DNA of 64,000 bases from Octopus vulgaris (GCA_951406725.2 OX597830.1:45260001-45324000); one strand, 5' to 3'. Counted from the first letter of the stretch, positions 1-13,164 are shown. Notes: a model not told the origin generated them from the sequence alone. A program made the numbers and translations.

Positions 1-153
1 GTTAAGCGCCAATGCATTACTGACGCTTGTTTCATTCTCGCTGGAAGAATAAAATGTTGCGTACCTCTTCAGAGATGAAACAATGCATTAAATCAATAAT
101 ATAATAAAACCTGATATATATGATTTAGTGGGAAAATCAATGCGTATGTGAGG

Positions 154-296
154 TATCCTTTCTACTGTAGGTACAAGGCCTGAAATTTTGAAGAAGGGGC
201 TAGTCGATTATATCAACACCAGGACGCAACTGGTACTTAATTTATCGTCCCTGAAAGGATGAAAGGCAAAGTCGACCCCTGCGGAATTTAAACTTC
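154..296 (-). mobile_element. tRNA-derived SINE family A, 3' part
   Basis: Reverse complement of the GTCGACTTTGCCTTTCATCCTTTC..TAAGTACCAGTT body and ..AGAAAGGAT tail seen in the copies at 19152 and 35791. Confidence 0.8.
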
Positions 297-1060
297 ACAC
301 CGCCCTTCCCAGAGCACGTTCCGTGGATCGTACATCTGCTCTCTTCCCCAGAACCCGACCTGCCGTCACCCGCCTCCCATTTCCCCTCACCTGCCACCCC
401 ACTACACTATCTCTCCAACGCACCATTCTCCGAGCATTCCGGCGACTCCAGTCCGATCCCTCCACTTCGCACATCTTCCCTAACCGATCCCTTCCCTCCT
501 TCAAACGAGCCCACAACCTACGAGGCCTCTTGGTCCACATCTTCTTCCCTAACCCAACCTCCCAACCCGGCTTGTTCTCCTGCTCCCACCCACGCTGCTA
601 CACTTGCCCTTAGCTCTCCAACACCACCCTCCTCACCGGCACCCGTCATTGACTCTATCACATCACCGACTCCTTCTACCAATATCATCTACTGCATCTC
701 CTGCTCTCTATGACCTTCTCTATACATCGGGCAAACGAGACACCGCTTGGCTGACCTGTTTGCGGAACACCGCTGAGACATCCGACTCGACGATGACACT
801 CCGGTCTCGCGACATTTCCGCTCTACCGGTCACTCTTTGCAACACCTGTCCGTGTTCGGATTGTCCTTGCACAGTGGCCATCCGGCTCCCGTTTGCGCTG
901 TCAATGGGCTCAACTCTCCTCCCCTCTTCATCTAACCTCCTCCCTTCACCTCTCTCCCCATCACACCTACATCCTCCCACCCACCTCTCCTATCTTGCTC
1001 AGTCTCCTACTTCTCTTCACTCCTACTCTCCTCTCTTCTTTTCACTCCTATCATAATATA
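297..1060 (+). mobile_element. Degenerate Penelope-like element 3' region (linker and GIY-YIG endonuclease)
   Basis: Translations RLPFPLTCHP..LQRTILRAFRRLQSDPSTSHIFP, CSHPRCYTCP, NIIYCISC..LYIGQTRHRLADLFAEH and PVSRHF; several stops and frameshifts. Confidence 0.85.
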
Positions 1061-1539
1061 CAATCCCTCAACGCTTCTATCAACTTTCTAATGAATACCA
1101 TATTTAATGCCACCACTAATAATGAACCTAACACTGGTCCTTCACTAAATGACAATTACTCCACAAATTCATCCCGAACACCACCCATGAACCTATACAG
1201 CTGCAGAGTGATGCCGTCGTGGGATGGTAAGTGGGGTGCTATGCTTAGAGAAGCAAAGCTGAGCTAGGAGGAAAGAATGAACAGGTAGTAGGGGGTGATA
1301 TTGGGGGGGGGTATCGATGGGGAAACCAAAGCCTAAGATAGATAGCTAGATAGATAGATAGATATAGAGAGAGAGAGCAGCAGCAGCAACGACGACCAAC
1401 GAACCGATGACGTTAATGACATTTATAACAAAAACAATAACAACAGAGACAACGACGGAAAAAAAGAGCAAAGAAGACAAAGAGAGAGTGAAAGAGGGAG
1501 GGATAAGCGGGAGGGATAAGCAGGGGGGATAAACAGGAG

Positions 1540-2100
1540 GGATATATCAATCTTCCAAACTACAGAGAAAGGGTTGAAAAGAAACTAAGGAACGCGCTCA
1601 GAAAGTCTGGCCTCCCTGTAAGAATCACGAGGCCACACCCTCAGACACTATCTCTTGCACAACAACACACAGAACGCAGGCTGTCTGAGCCAACGGACAG
1701 CACCAGGTTATGTTTCCAAACGAGTGTAATATACGAATTGACCTGTTCTTGTGGGGATACATAGATTGGATCGACTAAACAAGAGCTTCATGTCAGAGTG
1801 AAAGAACATCTCAAGGTCACCACCCAGTGCCGTATTCCAACACCACCAACACTGCGATGGAGAATTCTTTACCTGGATACTGGCCAGGGGAACTGATGCT
1901 GTCAACCTCCGAATAAAGGAGCCACATTTCATCAGGAAGAAGGCGTCCAACCTCAACTGGCTCCGGAACCCCTAACCAACGGCAACAGTAATTGTCATGT
2001 AAAGTGTAAAGTCTGATGAAGATCAGACTTTATAGATCCGAAAGCGCTCACTTAACCCACCAACCCTAGAACTAGCAACAAGGCAACACGAAGACCACAC
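1540..2100 (+). mobile_element. Degenerate Penelope-like element 3' end (GIY-YIG and hammerhead tail)
   Basis: SVIYELTCSCGDT*IGSTKQELHVRVKEH and NLRIKEPHFIR, then a hammerhead motif and (CT)n(TA)n. Confidence 0.8.
2009..2053 (+). ncRNA. Minimal type I hammerhead ribozyme
   Basis: AAGT-CTGATGA-aGATC(agactttata)GATCc-GAAA-GCGC-TC-ACTT: both core boxes, helix I AAGT/ACTT, palindromic mini helix III. Confidence 0.85.
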
Positions 2101-2103
2101 GCT

Positions 2104-2142
<39 letters not shown>

Positions 2143-2143
<1 letters not shown>

Positions 2144-2410
2144 GTTTAACAATTAAGGATAACTCTTAATAAGGAATCTTAACAAGAAATTATCGGGTAG
2201 TTAGCGTGAAAACCTCATAAAAGAAAAGAATTCGAAAATAATTTTTTTCTTTTGAACAAATTAATATATCTATATTGTATAGAGGGCATTATTACACATA
2301 AATGCCTCACACTAAGAGGGACTAAGTATTACTACCAAAATTATACTAATAGTATAATTAGTATAATTTTGGTAGTAATGACTTAGTCCCTCTTAGTGTG
2401 AGGCATATGT

Positions 2411-2415
<5 letters not shown>
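2143..2415. repeat. TA-flanked insert ending in a ~49-bp fold-back inverted repeat
   Basis: Arm 2302-2350 is the reverse complement of 2357-2406 with one indel; (TA)n on both sides. Confidence 0.85.
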
Positions 2416-2461
<46 letters not shown>

Positions 2462-2496
2462 CATATATATATATACATATATATATACATATATAT

Positions 2497-2529
<33 letters not shown>

Positions 2530-3584
2530 AACTTTCTAAACTTTTGAACCATTCAACTTTGAAAATTCAAGAAAAAAAAATCCCGGGCCTTTTCAAACGA
2601 AGATATCCAAAGATCTCGTCACTGTTCACATAATATATTTATATTAATACCCCAGCTTCTCTTCGGCTTTTCGTTTTATTTTCTAATCTTTTAATATTTT
2701 TCTCTTTTCTTTTTTCATTCTTCACTTTTCAATTCTTCAATTTTTTTCCAAGTTTCCATTTTGTCAGTCCTCCGCGGCTTTCTCTTCCTTCCTCAATTCT
2801 ACCATCTTTCCCCTCTCAGGCTTTGGTTTTCCCATCGACAAACCGACTGTCCCCCAAGCATTAGCTACGCCTTCTACCTGTTCATTCCTTCCTCCTAGCT
2901 CGGCCTTACTTCTTTTAGCATAGCACCCCCTCTCACCATCCCACTACGGCGTTACCCTGTTATCTCTCTGTACTATATATATATATGTTACATGTTGCAC
3001 GTGAGAAACTATACATCATATCTCTTTATATCGTGCTTCCAATGAAACATGTACATAATTCATTTTCCATATGTACACCAAATATAGATTTACTGAAGGA
3101 GAGAGTACAAACGGCTGTTAAACAGAGTACACATCGTTTGTGCTGAATGAGAGTTAGCTGAGAGACAATGTCGTCGCCACGTTGCGGCAATGAAATAAAC
3201 ACATTGCTGCCTGCAGCAACATTAGAGAGATGTTGTAGAGTGTAATTCCTGAATTTCTTAGTCACATCTACAAGCTGTGGCAGAAATATGTAAAAAGAAC
3301 TAATGCAATATAATACTTTCATCTTTATTTTGGCTTTACCTTAGCTTGCTAGCACGTTGCTGTTAGCATGTTTGGGACAATAGCAACTATTGATGTATCT
3401 TTCAGTACTGAACGTGCCTCTGTGTGTATGTGTGCGCGTGTGTGCCCCTGTGTGTGTGTGTGTGTGCTGGCGTGTGTGCGCGTGCGTGTATATGTGTGCG
3501 CGGTTGTACATGAGAGTATTTTAGTGAGTTTTGCTTTTAGCTTCTTCCTATTAGCTCCTTGGTTCTCCATCTATCTTCCCGTAA

Positions 3585-3586
3585 AT

Positions 3587-3651
<65 letters not shown>

Positions 3652-3683
3652 TCTATCTATATGTACATACACAAATGTGTGTG

Positions 3684-3725
<42 letters not shown>

Positions 3726-3900
3726 TACATACCTACATATAAAAACTTAAATACATACATATATATCTACATACATACATATATATACATATACATACAT
3801 ACAAATACATACATACACACACATACATACATACACACACATACATACATACACACACATACACATACATACAATCCATACATACATACATACATACATA
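3585..3900. repeat. Compound (CA)n/(TA)n/(CATA)n microsatellite
   Basis: Read directly from the sequence. Confidence 0.95.
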
Positions 3901-3904
3901 CGAA

Positions 3905-5012
3905 CAGAACACAACATGTGGTCGATGGAGTCCACTCAAGCCCAGTAAAAGTCACCTGTGGTGTCCTCTCGGGGGATTGTTTTGGGCCCGCTCTTCTTCA
4001 TAATCTATATAAACGACCTTTCCAGCGTCGTAAAACACAGCAAAGTGAAATCCTTGCTGATGATACTAAGTTCCAGAAAATTATCAATGAAGAATAAGAC
4101 CGAACTCAACTACAGTCTGATCTACATGCTGAGTCAATGGGCAGACAAAAACAAAATGCAACTAAACGAGGGAAAATTTGAGTTGATGCATTTTGGAAGA
4201 AAGTCTATGCTAAAACAGCCATACTCTCTTCCGGTAGAGAAACCTCTCACAGCATCTAATAATATCAGAGACCTAGGAGTAATTGCTGATACCAATCTCA
4301 GCTGGAGTGGCCACATTAACAATTAGGTCAATATAGCTCGTAGGATGAGCTCCTGGATCTTAAGAACCTTCCGGTCCAGAGAACAAGGTGTCATCATTCC
4401 ACTTTTTTGTACGGTCACACCTTGAATACTGCTGCCCGCTGTAGTCTCCCCATACAAAACAAAACATCTCGAAAACTGAATCACACCAGAGGGCATTCAC
4501 TAAACGAGTTAAGGGCATGACTGATCTCGATTACTGGGACTGCCTTAAAACTTTAAAACTCTAATCTCTCCAGCGCCGCCGCGAGGGGTACATCATTTGC
4601 ACGATGTGGAGATTGTACCGCCAGCATTGCCCAAATGACCTGAACATTAGTTTCAAGATTCATCCAAGGCTAGGACCACAGGCCATACGTCCCCTACCCA
4701 ATTCAGGATCACAACGCATAAATACACTGCAACAGAATTTATTTTCCTCGACAGGCATTATTTAAAATTGTCCCGAAACAGATCAAAGAGGAAAAGGATA
4801 CCACCACCTTTAAACGGAATCTGAACAAATTTCTTCAAGGATTACTAGATGAGCCACCTATACCTGGATACAACTCACTCGGCAAGAACTTCCTACTCGA
4901 GTGGACCATGATACCACAAAACTCGACTTGAAAAGGATCTAGATAATCCTATCAGGTGGTGCTATTAAGTTAGACATAACCTGGACCAATCCTTGGTCGA
5001 AACATATGTAAG
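3905..5012 (+). mobile_element. 5'-truncated CR1-like LINE (RT C-terminus and 3' UTR)
   Basis: GIVLGPLFFIIYINDL, LADDTK, RDLGVIADTNLSWSGHINN, RSHLEYCCPL; frameshifts and stops; second copy at 50605. Confidence 0.9.
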
Positions 5013-5019
5013 TTTTATG

Positions 5020-5089
<70 letters not shown>

Positions 5090-5633
5090 CTTTAACAATA
5101 ATAAGTATTAACAATACTCAATACAGGCAGTAGAAAGGTTTAGATATTATAATCCAGTCAGAATCTTCAATGAGCTATTTGAATCAAAACGGCCGATTAA
5201 TGCTGCTGAAGGTTTTACGATCATGTTGAAACTAACAATCTTGATTAGTTTAGTTCCGACTGAGCGAATTAACACCCGCGTTAAGCCTTCAGTTTGGTGG
5301 TTTTAGGCTGATATGTTTGTATGTTTATATGCAGTTTTCGAAATGTACTTCCGTTGTAAGAACTTCTGCATTTATTGCAGGCAAACTCGTCTACTACATA
5401 GGGCTTCGAGTTCATAGTCACATTATTGCTAGAGCAGTTGATTTCTGTATATGTATCGTTACATGTGGACGATTTTTAAATAAGAGTTTTCTCCGCGAGA
5501 GAACAGGATGCGCCTCTATATGCTAACTCCGGAAATATCGAAATATGAGGCAACGTGCAAGATATTGTTTTATCTTCTTTACGTCTCGTTTGGTCCTTTC
5601 ACTTTGAATATGTTGTATTATCTTTTAAACAAC

Positions 5634-5668
<35 letters not shown>

Positions 5669-6047
5669 AAAAGCTTAGATGGTGTAGCCTCGTGTATATA
5701 TATCTGCCTCCTATTTTGGTGACTTTGCTGACGAGACAAGCCAAGCGTAAACGGATTTAATTTAATTTAATTAAATTTGATTGCGTGAAGATGTTGAAAC
5801 CTTGCAGGGTACAAAGTTTGAAGGGGATAAATGTTTTTATTTTCCTCTAGTTTCAGAATTACTACTATTTTTGCGGTTTTGAGTTTGGCTGCTCTTTTCA
5901 AGTGAGTCGAACGACCTTCTCAGGGTCATTCCTTAATATTTTGTTGAATGTATTATATAGTCTGTGACTATTTCTATTTTCTCACTTGACCGCTGGTGGC
6001 AGAAAATTTTTCTTGAATTTTTTGTTACCCTTATATTGATTGATTAA

Positions 6048-6119
<72 letters not shown>

Positions 6120-6125
6120 AAAAGT

Positions 6126-6392
6126 GGAGGCGCAATGGCCTAGTGGTTAGGGCAGCAGACTCGCTGTGAGTGTTTATTGAGCGAAAACACCTAAAAGCTC
6201 CACGAGGCTCCGGCAGGGGGTGGTGATCCCTGCTGTACTCTTTCACCACTCTTTCTCCCATTCTTTCTTCTGTTGGCCTGCTCGCTTAGCCAGCGGGGTA
6301 GCGTCATTCGAAGGCTAGAACAATGCGAACGCATTGTGACCAGCGATGTGTAACAACATCTGATGGTCTGGTCGGTCACGTGATCACGTGAT
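6126..6392 (+). mobile_element. tRNA-derived SINE family B with 9-bp target-site duplication
   Basis: A-box TGGCCTAGTGG; B-box region deleted relative to the 9155 copy; GTAAAAAGT at 6117-6125 and 6395-6403. Confidence 0.85.
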
Positions 6393-6447
6393 AAGTAAAA
6401 AGTAAAAGAGTCAAAAGGAAGAGTAAGTACGGTTAGGCAGCTTTTTA

Positions 6448-6569
6448 ATCACTACAAATGTTTCGATACATACAGATCTTCGTATATACAAGATTTAGAG
6501 TTGAGTTTAAATTAGATTATTTAACTATTTACCTGTATAAGAAGATCTCTATGTATCTCCTCAGGCGAT
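6448..6569 (-). ncRNA. Type I hammerhead ribozyme with long helix II
   Basis: Minus strand ATCGC-CTGAGGA-GATACATAGAGATCTTC...GAAGATCTGTATGTATC-GAAA-CATTTG-TA-GTGAT. Confidence 0.8.
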
Positions 6570-7513
6570 ACTCAGTTGCTGGCTCCGTAAGGAAATCTAG
6601 ATTCCCATGCTACAATATCTATAGCAAACGCTGATGGTTTCAATTCACTCGGTACGAGTGTGTTATCAAGTTCGACATGAGCGGCAATGTGCACGCTGTC
6701 TGTTTGTTTATTCAGTTTCAGCATGTCATTCTGCACATGCCAAACTGTACCATTACGCAGAATACATTCGTCCATTAGCTCATACTTTTACAATCGCTTA
6801 ACACACCGATATACCATACATCACTGAGTGTTTCCATACATACACACGCACACACATACACTCACACACAGACACAAACACACATACATGCATATATATA
6901 GAATATATGTGCATATACTCAGATGCACTCACGCATACATATACTCACCTACATATCAATAAACACATCCACATCTATACATAGACGCTTATACATGTCT
7001 CTACTCATTTCCATGTACATAGTTATATCTACATAGTTGCATCGCTGAACGCTCCATCATAAATACACTCCTATACATACGTGAAGGTGGTAAAAAATGG
7101 GTTTAGCAAGATAGAATAATAATAGTTATAAATTATACTCTGTTCCATCTGGAAAATGCATATTTGGCACGATGGTTACATCTTGGAATTTTCTCATCAT
7201 GTTTATTCACTAGATTTTCATTACTCAGTAGAACACTCAGTGCTTCCTCAAGGCAAAGGTCACATTTGCCGGAGAGTGAAGTACATGGATGTGCATTTTT
7301 TTTGTTTGTTTGTTTTTACCATTCTATTTGGCATTTAATTTTTGATTCTTTCAGTTCCCATATCAGGTCTGCCAGCGAGGTCGTGTGCCGTCTATTTATT
7401 TTTCGGACTGATGAATAACGGACATTGAATTGGTTTTCAGTGGCACCAATGTACACACGTAATTATGTTGAGATGGGTAGATTATGCATTTATATACTAT
7501 ACTATACTCAACT

Positions 7514-7562
<49 letters not shown>

Positions 7563-8111
7563 GAGAGAGAGAGAGAGATTTATATATATATATATCCTTT
7601 CTTATACTTTCTATAGGCTATCGGTTATTTCATCAGCCGTTCATACAAAATATACACATCTACTATGTCTGTATTTACGTACATATTCATGACTCTACAA
7701 ATGCTATAGGTATATCGGCCAGACTTAGTGAACCCCCACCACAGAATTTATGACTCCTCACCACGTGGAGTCGTATCACTTGCCACTTTTAGCCACTGAC
7801 TTTATTAATATCTATTTAATTCGGTGTGTGAGTGTATGTGCGCCAAATTACGCATGTGTGTATGCTTATAGCTTCGTGTAAGTTTGTACGACCGAGTGTA
7901 CGTACGCCAGACAACATAAGCAAAGGCATTTGTACATCAATATCTGCTAACGGCGAGCTGGCAGAAACGTTAGCACGCCGGGAGAGATCGATGCTAGATG
8001 GGTCAACACAATTGTAGTGATCAATAAAATTTCTCGTATCTTCCATCTTCCGTCTCCCTCATTAATCAAATATGTATATTTGTGTGTGTGTGTGTGCGTG
8101 TATTTTATTTT

Positions 8112-8362
8112 TTTTACTTGTTTCAGTCATTTCACTGCGGCCATGCTGGAGCACTGCCTTAAAGGGGATTTTAGTCGAAGAAATCAACCCCAGGACTTAT
8201 ATTTTTTAAGCCTTGTACTTATTCTATCTGACTCTTTTGCCGTACTGCTAAGTTACAGGGACGTAAACACACCAACATTGGTGGCCAAGCGATGGTTTGG
8301 GGCAAACACCAGTTACCCCTTCCCCCAAAATTTCAGGCCTTGTGCCTAGAGTAGAAAGGATT
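8112..8362. mobile_element. SINE family C 3' part (-) joined to a family A tail (+)
   Basis: TTTACTTGTTTCAGTCATT..GGCCATGCTGGAGCAC matches the 62648 copy; AAATTTCAGGCCTTGTGCCT..AGAAAGGAT matches the family A tail. Confidence 0.75.
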
Positions 8363-9043
8363 ACGTATAAAGATACACACACACAGACTCACATGCATAG
8401 CTAGGTTGGAGCTGTGCATGAATTTTCCCTTCTGCTGATTTCTTATCCCTCTCACCCTCACTCTTATTCTCTCCCGCTTCCTGCTTTATGCCTATGTTTG
8501 AATGTATGAATGTATGTATGCATGCATGCATGGCTGGCTGGTTTGAATGATGTAATCAAGGTCTACTTTATATCTTCCATCAACACTCTTATCTCCTCAC
8601 TTTGCTTCTTCCTCCCATGTTACGCTCTGAAATCTGTTGTGATGGGTTTTATATTATCAAGACAATTTGCTAAATACAAGACATCGCATACAATGTTATC
8701 ATCCTGAGACGAAATACTTACAACTCTGGAATGCTTCACATTTTTCTGTTTGTGATCTTGTATAATTGTTTGATATTTTTTTATCTTCTTGTTTATTTCT
8801 TCTAACGCTGCCGAGTAATCCTATGAAATTCCCAGTGGACTTGAGACTTAGGCGAGAGTCAAAATTGCTCTTTCAGTACTCTCCAACTATATTCATATGT
8901 CTGCTTTCTTCATACGCTTCTTTTCTATACAGAAATATTTGACGTAGGCATACATACGGAAACTTCAATTCGCAATCATGTGTTCAGTGTTCGATGGTGC
9001 TTCGCGTTACTCAAAACACACATACTCTCTCTCTCTCTCTATG

Positions 9044-9459
<416 letters not shown>

Positions 9460-9466
9460 TACATAC

Positions 9467-9524
<58 letters not shown>

Positions 9525-9733
9525 TTTTATTAAAGCTGCAAAATCTTCACGAAAACTGTTATTCAGAGTTTCATGTGCTTTATGTGCTAACTTGAGTGTC
9601 TTTGGACCTTGACTGATGAGGAATTAGCAACAAAATTTCCTTTTGATTTATATTTGTTAAATCCGTTTGTCATGTCATCGTAAAATCTTTGAAATATCTA
9701 TACATACATACATACATACATACATACATACAT

Positions 9734-9797
<64 letters not shown>

Positions 9798-10854
9798 GGA
9801 GAGATGGGGGAGAGAGATTCAAATTTCTTGCTTGTCCATGAAACAAGTCTATACAGCAACAAATATTTTTTTCCAATGATTTTACCGGAAGATTCTCTTC
9901 TACATTCCTCTAAGTTCATTTAGTTCTTTCCCGCTTTCTCGACTTCTCCCTCCAGTTCTTCAACTATCTTCTCCTGTTCACTGAAGATATCTCACCTACC
10001 TCAACCCTCTCAGAAGTCAGTATCCTCGATAACTTTAATGTACAAAACTCCTCATCGCTTTAGCATTCCTACCTCCCATCAATATCGCAACAAACAAACT
10101 GATCTGTCTGCCATTCTCAAGTGTTTGCAGTAATTAGATTAAACTCCTACATACATTAAAGACTAAGGGCATTTCTACATAATCGTTCGACCTGCAAGAA
10201 ACAGTAGCCAAATCTCCGGCAGCTGAAACACACTAGATAATTTACTTCTACATACTATTAACCAGACGGGAAAGTTATGGTCAGAGTGTCTTTGCTCACA
10301 GCTCTGCTCATCAGTGAGAACAAGTCACTAAACCACTGAATCGAAAACACATTCTTGCTTTCTTTTTTTATTACTTTTCAAGCCAAATGTTGTTAGTAAT
10401 CTCTGCTCACTAACGGATAAAGGATAATACGAATGGTGTTTAATCATTGTAATCTATCTTGAATGTTATTTAATCATTGTAATCTAACACCTAACTTCAT
10501 TTTAAAAGCTCATTAATCAGAGGAAAGTGAAACCTACCCTGTGGAACATTATACCCTGTTTATTTTTTATAAATGATTTCATATTTTTTTCACATAACCA
10601 GAGTCAACTGCTCAATTCCTCAATGCAAATATCAGCTTCCACTTTCCTTTAACTGTCTGCACACCCTTAAACACATCACACCAGATTTGTACTCTTTCTG
10701 TATAATACATCTTCAAATGGACAAAGATAACTTACTTTTCTTCGACAGTACGAAGTTCTAAGTACTGCAGACATCTAAGAAAACAGTCTTGCACTACACG
10801 TGTCTACAAAAGTGAAACTCATAACAAATGCTAGACTTTACCGAATGCTATGCT

Positions 10855-10876
10855 AGAGTTCCTATATATATAGAGT

Positions 10877-10918
<42 letters not shown>

Positions 10919-11021
10919 CTCCAATGTATATATGTATATATATATATATATATATAGTTCCAATGTATGTGTATATATATAGTTCCCATGTATGTGTATA
11001 TATATGTATAGTTCCCATGTA

Positions 11022-11053
<32 letters not shown>

Positions 11054-11142
11054 GTTCCCATGTATGTGTATATATGTATGTATATATATATATATATAAT
11101 TCCAATTTATGTGTGTATATATATATATATATAGTTCCAATG

Positions 11143-11160
<18 letters not shown>
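10855..11160. repeat. Minisatellite, unit TAGTTCC(A/C)ATGTAT(GT)(TA)n, about 8 copies
   Basis: Recurring tagttcc core separated by variable TA runs; the unit resumes at 13120-13160. Confidence 0.9.
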
Positions 11161-11187
<27 letters not shown>

Positions 11188-11563
11188 ATAATATTAGGAA
11201 ATAAATCCAAACTTACAGGGAAAAATTAGATTTAGGATTAAATCCAATTTTATAGTATAAATATATTATATTATATTATATTAAATTAGAGATTAAACCA
11301 CTATTAGGCAAATCAAACAGTGAAAAACATAAGCCAATACATAAAATTAGTTTTAAAATATAAAAGTTAAAAATAAAAAATTTAAGAATTATTTAAATAA
11401 TTTAAACTAATAATTTTTATATATATACAAATATATATATATGTATGTATGTATATTTTTATATTTATATATTATTATATTATTTTATCTATTAATTAAT
11501 TTTTTTTATTTATTTTTTTTAAATATCAAAAGTATTAAAAGTTTAATAAAAGATAAAGAGTAA

Positions 11564-11660
11564 AACACTACGATCGTTTCATGGCTGTACCAATTCGAAT
11601 AACAATAATTTAAATTCAATTAATAATTCGAGTTATGGTTACAGTCAATCTTCAGGTTAA
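11564..11660 (-). ncRNA. Type I hammerhead ribozyme with weak helix I
   Basis: Minus strand AAC-CTGAAGA-tTGACTGTAACC...GGTACAGCCAt-GAAA-CGATCG-TA-GT. Confidence 0.7.
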
Positions 11661-12227
11661 TTGAAATATTTAAAAAATAATCAGAAATATTTAAACAATA
11701 TTTTTAAGATATAAATAATATAATAATTTTACTTATAATAAACTCTATTATCAAACTAGAAACTTAAAACTTAACAATTATGATTATATCAAAATCGATT
11801 ATAATGTTAAATATTAATTTTAATTTATAAGGTAAGAAACCCACCAATAATCTAATATCGGTAATAGTCTATATCTAATTACATAAATATTTTTTTTTAA
11901 ATTGACTATTATATATAAATTATCAATGAAAATATAAAATGTATATAAATATTATAATTAAGATCTAAAATAATCTCTATAAATAGATATATATGCACAT
12001 ATAATAAAGACCTAATAAATTAATTTTTCATATTTAAAGATGAAATAGCTAATTTCAAAAATACAAACAAACAAACTTAAACGAACTTTCGGAAATCTTA
12101 TTTAAAAATACTTATAGAAATAATCACTTCGTAGTTATATAGTATCGAATAAATACTATAAATACTATAAATATAATTATCAATGGGAATAACAAGCGAA
12201 TATCAATTTAAAAAGACAATAACTAAG

Positions 12228-12290
12228 TTATGCTATTAAGTTAGACATGGCCTGGACCAATCTTTAGTCGAAACATATCTAAGTTTATCA
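12228..12290 (+). mobile_element. Solo 3' terminus of the CR1-like LINE
   Basis: GCTATTAAGTTAGACATGGCCTGGACCAATCTTTAGTCGAAACATATCTAAG matches 4961-5012. Confidence 0.85.
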
Positions 12291-12898
12291 AAGTTATCTA
12301 ATTTTAATTATAAGAAATTTAAAACTACAATTAATACTATTAATACATGTATATACAAAAGCCTAACTTTAGACACCTCGTATACTTGCTATCAAACAAC
12401 AAATCTATCGCTAAGTAATATCTTACGAATAAACTTAAATTTAATCTCTAATAGTATAGAAAATTACGATAATTAGATCATTACATAAACAACGATATTT
12501 ACATAAGGAAAATATTATTACACCAAAGACTTATAAAATATTAAAATTTACAATTTAAAGATCTTAAATATAAATAAATACTTATCTTAACGAGGTATTT
12601 ATTTATATTTAAGATCTTTAAATTGTAAATTTTAATATTTTATAAGTCTTTGGTGTAATAATATTTTCCTTATGTAAATATCGTTGTTTATGTAATGATC
12701 TAATTATCGTAATTTTCTATATTATAAGATATTAAATTTAAGTTTATTCGTAAGATATTACTTAGCGATAGATTTGTTGTTTGATAGCAAGTATACGAGG
12801 CGTCTAAAGTGTCTAAAAAATTTTTTTTTAATAAAAATAAAAATTAAAATTAATTAATTAATTAATAAAATAATATAATAATATATAAATATAAAAAT

Positions 12899-12946
<48 letters not shown>

Positions 12947-13164
12947 ATATATATATATAAAATTTATTAGTTTAGATTATTTAAATAATTTTTTAATTTT
13001 TTATTTTTAACTTTTATATTTTAAAATTAATTTTATGTATTGGCTTATGTTTTTCACTGTTTGATTTGCCTAATAGTGGTTTTATATCTAATTTAATATA
13101 ATATATATATATATATATATAGTTCCAGTATATATATATATATGTATATATATAGTTCGAAAAC

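Larger units (their letters stand above)
11184..13105 (-). mobile_element. AT-rich hammerhead-bearing (Penelope-type) insertion with two inverted repeats
   Basis: Outer arms ~11272-11522 / 12820-13105; inner arms 12366-12581 / 12595-12810; hammerhead at 11564-11660. Confidence 0.7.

Noticed and set aside
1490-1545. Four GGGATAAGC-like G-rich repeats (telomere-like or G4-like)
   Set aside because: Short, degenerate local tandem repeat that does not match TTAGGG
3349-4097. Many ORFs rich in YI/CV/TH/YLSI repeats (also near 9000, 10850, 15300, 39711, 44590, 53360)
   Set aside because: They are translations of stop-free microsatellites, not proteins
4978-5012. Hammerhead-like CTG-GACCAA..TTGGTC-GAAA-CATATG-TA at the CR1 3' end
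   Set aside because: It lacks the CUGANGA box, and the other two copies read CATATC (not palindromic); better explained as a LINE terminal stem-loop
5190-5760. CTGAAGG..GAAA (5205) and CTGACGA (5728) as hammerheads; also CTGATGA at 7408, 7630 (-), 9613 and 37726
   Set aside because: No consistent helix I/II/III could be built around them
10855-11160. Repeat-spacer appearance resembling a CRISPR array
   Set aside because: The spacers are only TA/TG runs, the context is eukaryotic and there are no cas genes
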